Shown here: positions 56,542 to 64,000 of the stretch, one piece after another
Numbering within the stretch: position 1 is the first letter of the stretch
Layout of the letters: the number at the start of each line of letters is the position of its first letter
Assembly: GCA_963842525.1 (NCBI GenBank)
Contig: CAWJGT010000030.1
Span: 32,001 to 96,000, forward strand
Source: an uncultured Holophagales bacterium
Lineage (GTDB): Bacteria; Acidobacteriota; Thermoanaerobaculia; Multivoradales; UBA5704
Direction of reading: 5' to 3'
DNA length: 64,000 bases
Notes under the pieces: model-generated
The model's database searches: none
What the model was told of the DNA's origin: nothing
What the model saw: the letters and a program-made list of their open reading frames with translations, nothing else
Made by a program: the position numbers and the translations under genes

Positions 56542-59057
56542 GCCACGGACCCGGTCTCGAATGTCGCGACGAGCAGCGTCGCCACAAGGTCCGCGCGAGC
56601 GACCTGAACGGTCTGGACTACGTGGAAGTCTCGGACGACCAGATCCGGCTGACCGTCTATTTTCTCGGCCAGGCCCCGGAAGACCTGCGGGCCGAGAACA
56701 TCCGCATCGAAGGATGCCGGCCCGGCGCCAGGCCGGTGCAGGTGATCGGTCTGCGTTTCTGCATCCAGGAGGACCCCGAGCGCGACGACTGCCTGCACGT
56801 CTATCTCGACCGGCCGGGCGACTTCTCGAAATACCGGCTGTGCGTGGTGGAGCCCGACGAGAAGGGCAAACCCCGGCCGTTCCATGGCTTCGATCCGCGC
56901 TACCACTGCCTGGAGGTCGACTTCAAGATCGGCTGCCCGAGCGATCTCGACTGCAAGGCCGGGCAGCCCTGTCCGCCCGAGCCGCGCACCGAGCCGGCGA
57001 TCGATTATCTTGCCAAGGATTACGCCAGCTTCCGGCTGCTGCTGCTGGACCGCCTCGCCCTCGTCCTGCCCGATTGGAAGGAGCGCCACATCCCCGACCT
57101 GGGGATCGCCCTGGTCGAGCTGCTCGCCTACACGGGCGATCACCTCAGCTATTACCAGGACGCCGTCGGCACCGAGGCGTATCTCGACACGGCCCGGCGC
57201 CGCACCTCGGTCCGCCGCCACGCCCGCCTGGTCGACTATCCGATGCACGAGGGGTGCAACGCCCGGGCCTGGGTGTTCGTGAAGACGAATGCCGAGCTGA
57301 CGCTCGAAAGCGGGGATTCCTGCATCACCGGGTTCGCAGGCGGACCATTGCCCGACCGGGTGCTCACGTACGAAGACATCCGCAGCGTGCCGATCGATCG
57401 CTATCAAGTCTTCGCACCGATTTTCGGGACGAAGGACGAGAAGATCTTCCTCCGCTCGGAACACAACACGATCGCTTTCTACACCTGGGGCGATCGCGAG
57501 TGCTGCCTGCCGCGCGGCGCCACGCGGGCCACATTGCGGGACGGAGAGCCGCCGGACAGACGCAAGCTCGCGCTGCAGGCGGGCGACCTCCTGCTGTTCG
57601 AGGAGGTGCTCGGCCCCAAGACAGGGGATGCGGACGACGCCGACCGGGCCCACCGGCACGTCGTGCGTCTCACGGGCGCGGACGCGGGGACCGACGAGCT
57701 CTGCGGCCAGCCCATCGTCGAGATCGAGTGGGCGCTGGAGGATGCGCTGCCGTTCCCGCTTTGCCTCTCGGCGAGGGTCCCGGAGAAAGACTGCAAGGTT
57801 GTTCCGGACATCAGCGTGGCGCGGGGGAACGTGTTCCTGGTGGACCACGGCCGCAGGGTGGAGAAGGAGCCGCTGGGCAATGTGGAGGCACGGGAGACCG
57901 TGCTCCGCTGCGGCTGCGGCGGCCGGCCGGAGGAGGTGGAGGAGGTTCCGGAACGTTTCCGGCCCCGCCTCGACAAGGCGCCGCTCACCTTCCGACAGCC
58001 GCTCCCGCAGCCGCTCCGGAGCCTGCCGGCCGTCCGTCTGCTCACCCAGGATCCGCGGCAGGCGTTGCCCGAAATCTGGCTCTCGGCGGCCCATTCCTCC
58101 CGCACGGATGTACCCCTAGAGTGGGACGCCCGGCGCGACCTGCTGGCGAGCGACCCCGGCGAGGCCTGCTTCGTCGCCGAGGTGGACGACGACGGGAACG
58201 CGCATCTGCGGTTCGGGGACGGCGACTGCGGCAGCGTGCCGGCCGCCGGTACGGACTTCACGGTCACCTACCGCATCGGCAACGGCCCCGCGGGGAATGT
58301 GGGCGCCGGAGCCATCCGCCACCTCGTCACCAAGGCGAGTTGGGCCGGCGTGAACGTCGAGGTGAGAAACCCGCTCCCGGCCCGCGGCGGCACGCGTCCC
58401 GAGCCGGTGGAGGAGGTGCGTCTGCTGGCGCCCCACGCCTTCCGGCGGGACCCGCAGCGCGCCGTCACGGTCGACGACTACGCCCGCCGGGTCGAGCGCG
58501 ACTTTCGCGGCCGGGTCCAGCGGGCCGCGGCCACGCTGCGCTGGACCGGGAGCTGGTACGAGGTGCTGGTGCTGGTCGACCCGGTCGGGGGAGCGAGGGA
58601 CGACAAGCTCCTCGAGGAGATTCGCAAGGCGCTCTTCCGCTACCGCCGGATCGGTCACGATGTCGCCGTGCAGTGGGCGGTCTCCGTCCCGCTGGAGCTG
58701 GAGCTGGTGGTCTGCGTGCTCTCCGGGTTCCTGCGCGGCCACGTCAAGGCGGCCCTCCTGGAGGTCCTGAGCAACCGGCAACTCCCCGACGGCCGGCGCG
58801 GCTTCTTCCATCCCGACAACCTGAGCTTCGGCCAGGGGATCGCTTTCTCGAAGCTGATCGCCGCGGTGCAATCGGTCACCGGTGTCGAGACCATCCAGAT
58901 CAGCAAGCTTGCGCGGCTCGGCAGGGAGATGGACCCCGAGGTCAAAGACAAGGGTTTTCTCCCCCTCGGCTCGCTGGAGGTCGCCCGGCTGGACAATGAT
59001 CCGCAATTCCCCGGCAACGGCCAGCTGCATCTGAAGAAAGTGCGAGGTGGACGATGA
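56538..59057 (+). CDS. Baseplate J/gp6-like wedge protein (Afp11-like)
   Basis: IDYLAKDYASFR, DLGIALVELLAY, YYQDAVGTEAYLDTAR, LRFGDG, YRIGNGPAGNV, NPLPARGG, RAVTVDDY. Confidence 0.9.
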   Translation: MSHGPGLECRDEQRRHKVRASDLNGLDYVEVSDDQIRLTVYFLGQAPEDLRAENIRIEGCRPGARPVQVIGLRFCIQEDPERDDCLHVYLDRPGDFSKYRLCVVEPDEKGKPRPFHGFDPRYHCLEVDFKIGCPSDLDCKAGQPCPPEPRTEPAIDYLAKDYASFRLLLLDRLALVLPDWKERHIPDLGIALVELLAYTGDHLSYYQDAVGTEAYLDTARRRTSVRRHARLVDYPMHEGCNARAWVFVKTNAELTLESGDSCITGFAGGPLPDRVLTYEDIRSVPIDRYQVFAPIFGTKDEKIFLRSEHNTIAFYTWGDRECCLPRGATRATLRDGEPPDRRKLALQAGDLLLFEEVLGPKTGDADDADRAHRHVVRLTGADAGTDELCGQPIVEIEWALEDALPFPLCLSARVPEKDCKVVPDISVARGNVFLVDHGRRVEKEPLGNVEARETVLRCGCGGRPEEVEEVPERFRPRLDKAPLTFRQPLPQPLRSLPAVRLLTQDPRQALPEIWLSAAHSSRTDVPLEWDARRDLLASDPGEACFVAEVDDDGNAHLRFGDGDCGSVPAAGTDFTVTYRIGNGPAGNVGAGAIRHLVTKASWAGVNVEVRNPLPARGGTRPEPVEEVRLLAPHAFRRDPQRAVTVDDYARRVERDFRGRVQRAAATLRWTGSWYEVLVLVDPVGGARDDKLLEEIRKALFRYRRIGHDVAVQWAVSVPLELELVVCVLSGFLRGHVKAALLEVLSNRQLPDGRRGFFHPDNLSFGQGIAFSKLIAAVQSVTGVETIQISKLARLGREMDPEVKDKGFLPLGSLEVARLDNDPQFPGNGQLHLKKVRGGR

Positions 59058-62000
59058 GCGAGCCCTGCTATCGCGGTTGCACCTGTGCTTGCTGTGAAGG
59101 CGTCGAGGTCCTGACCCCGCAGGACACGGCCAACCGGCCCGGGCTCGATGCGATCGCCCGGCGGGCCGGCACCCACTCCAGCTTTCTGGAGACCATGAAG
59201 GCGCGGCTGTCGAGCCGCGAGTATCCGGCGTTGTCCCCCCTGGCCACCCGCGAGGCGGACGACTTCTCGATCGCCCTCCTGGATGCCTGGGCCGTGGTGG
59301 CCGACGTGCTGACCTTCTATCAGGAACGCATCGCCAACGAGGGCTATCTGCGCACCGCCACCGAGCGCCGTTCCGTGCTGGAGCTGGCGCGGCTGGTGGG
59401 CTACCAGCCCCGTCCCGGTGTGGCAGCAAGCACGCATCTGGCCTTCACCCTGGACGAGGGCCCCGAGGTGGTGATCCGGGCCGGCGCGCGCGCCCAGAGC
59501 GTGCCTGCCCCGGGCGAGCTGCCGCAGCCCTTCGAAACCTCCGAAGACCTGACCGCCCGCGCGGCGTGGAACAACCTCCAGGTGCGGCTCAGCCAGCCGC
59601 AATTGCCGGAAAAGGTGATCGAAGACCGCGACCTCTACTTCAAGGGAATCGCGACCCAACTCAAGCCGAACGATCCGCTGTTGATCAAAACAGTCGCCGC
59701 CGAGAACGTAAAACCGACTCTCTACCGGGTGATGACGGTCGAGCCCGATGCGGTAGCCGGCCGGACCCGGGTGAAGATCGAGCCCTGGCTCGGGAAGACC
59801 ACGACGACCACGACTGCTGCCTCTCCGCAGGAAGCTGCTGTGATGGCAACGCCCGCGGAGGAGTCTGTCGACCTGCGCGAGGTGGTGCGGGAGATCTTCG
59901 AGCGCTTCAAAGCTCGGGCGGTGTCCGAGGAGCTGAAAGGCACGACGGTGGACCAGGTTCTCGCAAAACTCGACCGACAGGATCTCGAGGAAGAGGTCCT
60001 GCCGGAGCTGCGGAATCGACTCAATATCCTGACCCCCAGATCCACCAAGGTGAAGCCCTGGCTTGGCGACTTGGTGAGTGAGCTCGACGCGGCGTTGGTC
60101 AGAGAGACCGCCCTCCCGGCCATGGCATCTGCTCCGGAGGCATTCAGCGACGGGAGCAACGGGAACAATGGGAACAACGAGGAGAACGGGAACAACGAGG
60201 GCAATGGGAACAACGAGAACAATGGAGAGGACGGGGAGGACGACGACACCGCGCTCACCGCGGATCTCGCCGACGTGCTGGTTCCGCTCAGCCAGCGGCG
60301 CTCCGTTCCCCCTCGCAGCAGCGTGCACCTGGGGCGTGACGTCACTGCAACCTTCAGCGCCGGCTCGGACGTGACGGCCCAGATCCTCCTGGCCACGCGG
60401 CCGAAGCTGCGCGACGTCCTCTACAGGGCCTGGGCGAACGCGCCCGTCACGGCGCAGCCGGTCCTCGAAGTCTATGCCTTGCGCCTGCCGGCCCGGGTCT
60501 TCGGGCACAACGCGCCGCTGGAGCTCAAGCGGCGTCCGAGCGACGGCGTGATCACCGAAATCAAGGAGTGGGATCTGAAGAAGTCTGCTCCCGGCGAAGC
60601 CTTCAGCGTCGAGGCCACCGTCACGCTCGTCAGCGAAGGGACTCCTACACTGCGCACCCAACTGAAGCTCGGCGGGTTCACCGTCGATGACCCACCCTTG
60701 GGTAAGCCGGACCGCGAGCTGCCTGACGAGCTGAAACAGTTCGTGATCGACTTCCCCCCGCAGGCCGACGAGAGGGTCACTGTAACTGTATCCCACGAGG
60801 TCAACCTGCCGTTAACGTTCAGATTTCAGCGGCGTGGGAGCGTGGTGACCATGGAAGATTTTGATGACAATGAGCCCCAAGTCGGCGTGAAAAATGCCGA
60901 GCTGATCAAGCTCACTGTCACGTCTCCCGTCACGCCTCCCGGGTCCCAGAAGCTTAAAATCCTTGTAGAATGTTTCATTCCTTACACGGACATCATCTTC
61001 CTCGACAACTCTTATCCACAAGTGCTGCCCGGAAGCTGGATCGTCCTGGAGCGGCCGGATTCCAACCTGGGGAACAGCCCGCTGGTGATCACTACGGCCA
61101 GGCAGGTTAGCGAGCAATCTCTCGCCGCCTTTGGCATCACCGGGAAGAGCACGCGCGTCAAGTTGAAGGAGCCCTGGCTCAATCTCGCGACGGACGAATT
61201 CGCCGTCATCCGCGGCACCGCCGTCTATGCCCACTGCGAGCGGCTGGAGCTGGCCGAAAAACCCATCGAGACAGCCCTCTGCGGAGGGAGCCTCGAGCTG
61301 GCCGGCCTCTACGACGGCTTGAAGCCCGGCCGCTGGCTGATCGTCAGCGGGGAGCGGACGGACGTGGTCGCGAAGAAGGAAGTGAAGAGGCCGGACGGGA
61401 CGAAGGTGAAGGTCGAGGTGCCGGTGCCTGGGATTCCTGCCGCGGAGCTGGTCATGGTGGCGGGTGTGGAGCAAGGAGCCCAGGTCGAGGAGATGCCGGC
61501 GAGCGGCGGCCAGCACGCGACGACGCCCCCGCCACCGAAAGAGCCCCAGCTTCGGCCCGGCGAGCGCAACCACACCACCCTCGTCCTGGCCTCGCCCCTC
61601 TCTTATTGCTACAAGCGCGCCGACGTCAAGGTCTGGGCCAACGTCGCGCCCGCCACCCACGGCGAGACCAAGGCGGAGGTGCTGGGCAGCGGCGACGCGA
61701 GCAAGCCCCTGCAACGCTTCCAGCTGAAGCAGTCTCCGTTGACCTACGTGCCGGCGGCCACTCCGTCGGGGGTCGAGAGCACGCTGCGGATGCGGGTCAA
61801 CGACATCCTCTGGCACGAGGCGGAGAGCCTCTTCGGGCTGGAGCCCGCCGATCGGGTCTACACGACCCGGCGGAGCGACGCGGAGGAGACCACGGTCGTC
61901 TTCGGCGACGGCAAGCGGGGAGCGCGCCCGCCGACCGGCAGCGAGAACGTGCGGGCGGTCTACCGCGTCGGCCTCGGCAAGCCGGGCAACCTCGGGACCG

Positions 62001-62758
62001 GACGGATCAGCCAGCTCGTGACGCGCCCGCTCGGCGTCAAGGACGTGATCAATCCGCTGCCTGCCACCGGCGGCGCCGATCCGGAGAGCCGGGACCAGGC
62101 GCGGCGCAACACGCCCCTGGCCGTCATGGCCCTGGACCGCCTGGTCTCCGTTCAGGACTACACCGACTTCGCCCGTACCTTTGCCGGCATCGGCAAGGCG
62201 AGCGCCGTCCGCCTCTCGGACGGCCGGTCCCAGGTCGTCCACGTCACTATCGCGGGGGAGGACGACATCCCGATCGACGAGACCTCCGCGCTGTTCCGCA
62301 ACCTCGAAGCGGCGCTGCGCCAGTTTGGTGCCCCCCATCTGCCGGTCCAGGTCGAAGTGCGCGACCTGTCGCTGCTCGTGCTCGCGGCCGGGGTGCGGCT
62401 GCTACCGGACTACGACTGGGAGAAGGTCTCCCCGAAGGTCCGCGCCGCCCTGCTCGACGCCTTCGCGTTCGACCGCCGCGACCTCGCCCAGGACGCTCTG
62501 TTGAGCCAGGCCGTGCGGGCGGTCCACGGCGTCCCCGGCGTGGACTACGTGGACGTGGACGTCTTCGACTCCGTCAAGGGGACCCTCGACAAGGACGAGC
62601 TCAAGAAGAGGACGAATCTCGGGCTGAAGAATCGGATCCAGGCCCGGCCGGCGGCCCTGGAGGAGCCGGGCGGCGACCGGGCCATTCGTCCCGCCGAGCT
62701 CCTCTATCTCTCGCCCGCCGTGCCCGACACGGTGATCTTGAAGGAGATCAAGGCATGA
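59054..62758 (+). CDS. Second baseplate J-like wedge protein (Afp11/12-like)
   Basis: DVLTFYQERIANEGYLRTATERRSV, ATHGET..EVLGSGD, FGDGKRGARPPTG.ENVRA.YR.G.G, NPLPATGGAD, DRLVSVQDY. Confidence 0.9.
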   Translation: MSEPCYRGCTCACCEGVEVLTPQDTANRPGLDAIARRAGTHSSFLETMKARLSSREYPALSPLATREADDFSIALLDAWAVVADVLTFYQERIANEGYLRTATERRSVLELARLVGYQPRPGVAASTHLAFTLDEGPEVVIRAGARAQSVPAPGELPQPFETSEDLTARAAWNNLQVRLSQPQLPEKVIEDRDLYFKGIATQLKPNDPLLIKTVAAENVKPTLYRVMTVEPDAVAGRTRVKIEPWLGKTTTTTTAASPQEAAVMATPAEESVDLREVVREIFERFKARAVSEELKGTTVDQVLAKLDRQDLEEEVLPELRNRLNILTPRSTKVKPWLGDLVSELDAALVRETALPAMASAPEAFSDGSNGNNGNNEENGNNEGNGNNENNGEDGEDDDTALTADLADVLVPLSQRRSVPPRSSVHLGRDVTATFSAGSDVTAQILLATRPKLRDVLYRAWANAPVTAQPVLEVYALRLPARVFGHNAPLELKRRPSDGVITEIKEWDLKKSAPGEAFSVEATVTLVSEGTPTLRTQLKLGGFTVDDPPLGKPDRELPDELKQFVIDFPPQADERVTVTVSHEVNLPLTFRFQRRGSVVTMEDFDDNEPQVGVKNAELIKLTVTSPVTPPGSQKLKILVECFIPYTDIIFLDNSYPQVLPGSWIVLERPDSNLGNSPLVITTARQVSEQSLAAFGITGKSTRVKLKEPWLNLATDEFAVIRGTAVYAHCERLELAEKPIETALCGGSLELAGLYDGLKPGRWLIVSGERTDVVAKKEVKRPDGTKVKVEVPVPGIPAAELVMVAGVEQGAQVEEMPASGGQHATTPPPPKEPQLRPGERNHTTLVLASPLSYCYKRADVKVWANVAPATHGETKAEVLGSGDASKPLQRFQLKQSPLTYVPAATPSGVESTLRMRVNDILWHEAESLFGLEPADRVYTTRRSDAEETTVVFGDGKRGARPPTGSENVRAVYRVGLGKPGNLGTGRISQLVTRPLGVKDVINPLPATGGADPESRDQARRNTPLAVMALDRLVSVQDYTDFARTFAGIGKASAVRLSDGRSQVVHVTIAGEDDIPIDETSALFRNLEAALRQFGAPHLPVQVEVRDLSLLVLAAGVRLLPDYDWEKVSPKVRAALLDAFAFDRRDLAQDALLSQAVRAVHGVPGVDYVDVDVFDSVKGTLDKDELKKRTNLGLKNRIQARPAALEEPGGDRAIRPAELLYLSPAVPDTVILKEIKA
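60167..60220 (+). repeat. Three 18-bp coding repeats (NGNNEx) in the baseplate gene
   Basis: AATGGGAACAACGAGGAG / AACGGGAACAACGAGGGC / AATGGGAACAACGAGAAC. Confidence 0.85.
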
Positions 62759-64000
62759 GCGGCTCACCGGACCGCCTGTACGACCTCCTGCCGGCCTACT
62801 ACCGGGAGCGCGACGTGGAGCTGGGCTCTCCGCTCCAGGCGCTCCTTAAGGTGATCGGCGAGCAGGTCAACGTCGTCGAGGACGATATCTCGCAATTGTA
62901 CGAGAACTGGTTCATCGAGACCTGCGAGGACTGGGTGGTGCCGTACCTCGCCGACCTGATCGGCTGGCGCCCGGTCCAGGACGCGGGCGAGGCGGGCGAC
63001 GTCAAGACCCTCCAGGGCCGGGAGCGCAACAAGGCCCTGGTGCCCCGGCGCGAGGTGGCGAACACCCTTCGCTATCGGCGGCGCAAGGGGACGCTGGCCC
63101 TCTTGGAGCTGCTCGCCCGCGACGTGGCCGGCTGGCCGGCCCGGGCGGTCGAATTCCGCCTGCTGCTCGGCTGGACCCAGAACGTCCGGCATCTGCGTCC
63201 CCAGCAGGGCCGGACGGCGGACCTGCGCGACGGCGTTGCGCTCGAGCGGCTGGACGGCCCGTTCGACGAGATCGCGCACACCGTTGAAGCCCGGCGGCTC
63301 GCCTCGCGCCGCACCCCGGGCCGCTATGGCCTGCCTGCCGTCGGGCTCTTCCTGTGGCGGCTGCGCTCCTACTCCGTGACCAAGGTGCCGGCCTACTGCG
63401 CCGAGGACGCCGGCCCCCACTGCTACACCTTCAGCGTCCTGGGCAGCGATACCCAGCTCTTCGTCAACCCTCTGCCTGAGGCCGAGCCGACCGACATCGC
63501 GGGAGAGCTGAACGTGCCGGTCCGCATCACGCGGCGGGCTTTGGCGGCGGACCTGGCTTCTTACTACGGTGAGGGGAAGAGCTTCCGGATCTGGCGAGGA
63601 GAGCCCGGACCCAAGAAGGGCGCGACGGTCTACAAGGAGGTCCCGCCGCAGGAGATCGTCGTCGCCGACCTGACCGACTGGCAGTACCGGCCCAAACCAG
63701 GCCAGGTGATCGTCGACCCTGAGTTGGGCCGGATCGCCTTCCCGCCGCGGCACCTGCCGAAGCGCGGAGTCCGGGTCACCTATCACTACGGCTTCAGCGC
63801 CGACCTGGGAGGAGGGGAGTACGACCGGCCGATCCGCCAGCCTGCCGGCGCCGAGGTCTTCCGGATCGGCGAGAACGAGAAGCTCAAGACCCTCGGCGAT
63901 GCCCTGAAGCTCTGGCAGGATACCGCTGCCGGCAAGCCGGGTGTGATCGAGATCACCGACAGCGGCGTCTACACCGAGCCGCTGCGCATCGAGCTGAAAA
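62755..64000 (+). CDS. Tail/baseplate protein (tail protein I/gp7-like N-terminus), truncated by the right edge
   Basis: ATGA overlap; read directly as MSGSPDRLYDLLPAYYRERD...QLYENWFIETCEDWVVPYLADLIG...RREVANTLRYRRRKGTLALLE. Not in the ORF track because it has no stop in the window. Confidence 0.85.
   Translation, partial: MSGSPDRLYDLLPAYYRERDVELGSPLQALLKVIGEQVNVVEDDISQLYENWFIETCEDWVVPYLADLIGWRPVQDAGEAGDVKTLQGRERNKALVPRREVANTLRYRRRKGTLALLELLARDVAGWPARAVEFRLLLGWTQNVRHLRPQQGRTADLRDGVALERLDGPFDEIAHTVEARRLASRRTPGRYGLPAVGLFLWRLRSYSVTKVPAYCAEDAGPHCYTFSVLGSDTQLFVNPLPEAEPTDIAGELNVPVRITRRALAADLASYYGEGKSFRIWRGEPGPKKGATVYKEVPPQEIVVADLTDWQYRPKPGQVIVDPELGRIAFPPRHLPKRGVRVTYHYGFSADLGGGEYDRPIRQPAGAEVFRIGENEKLKTLGDALKLWQDTAAGKPGVIEITDSGVYTEPLRIELK

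Larger units (their letters stand above)
40727..64000 (+). other. Extracellular contractile injection system (eCIS; Afp/PVC-like) operon, continuing past the right edge
   Basis: Co-oriented, mostly overlapping genes for two sheaths, tube, DUF4255, AAA ATPase, DUF4157 x2, tube initiator, LysM, hub, spike, PAAR-like tip, gp25 and baseplate proteins. No capsid, terminase, integrase or T6SS membrane complex in the window. Confidence 0.93.

Noticed and set aside
40727-64000. Prophage or type VI secretion system
   Set aside because: No capsid, portal, terminase or integrase, and no TssJLM/ClpV; DUF4255, Pvc15-like ATPase and DUF4157 point to eCIS.

Overview
GC-rich bacterial DNA, most likely an acidobacterium (Thermoanaerobaculia-like). 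This is inferred from ADOP-type permeases with a PadR remnant and a repeated LCL...GYFWFF...ADTxAF C-terminal domain. From left to right the window holds: the end of an NRPS (Thr-type A domain plus PCP); an AAA_21 ATPase + DUF4276 pair; an indel-free degenerate 21-bp array of about 22 units; and a BlaI/M56/serine-hydrolase operon with a clear promoter and operator. Next come two ELWxxDGT repeat proteins (one split by an intact IS1182), a GspG-like lipoprotein and a BNR/FN3/PPC protein. A Ser/Thr kinase-TPR gene and an FHA-GAF-sigma54 activator follow; the activator lies between two -24/-12 promoters, one of which precedes an S10 peptidase / SBP / CxxCH protein / Cry-domain-I-like operon. Then come an Arc/PIN toxin-antitoxin pair, a desaturase, DUF4256, two MacB/ADOP permeases and an AlkD-like gene. 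From 40727 to the right edge lies an extracellular contractile injection system (eCIS, Afp/PVC-like). The most notable features are two tandem DUF4157 cargo genes inside the eCIS, one ending in an NlpC/P60 domain and one in a Bacillus Tgl-like transglutaminase domain, plus the 21-bp array and the Cry-like protein. At least nine frameshifts, mostly at short G/C runs, look like long-read consensus errors. All family assignments are from motif recognition by eye; no database search was run.
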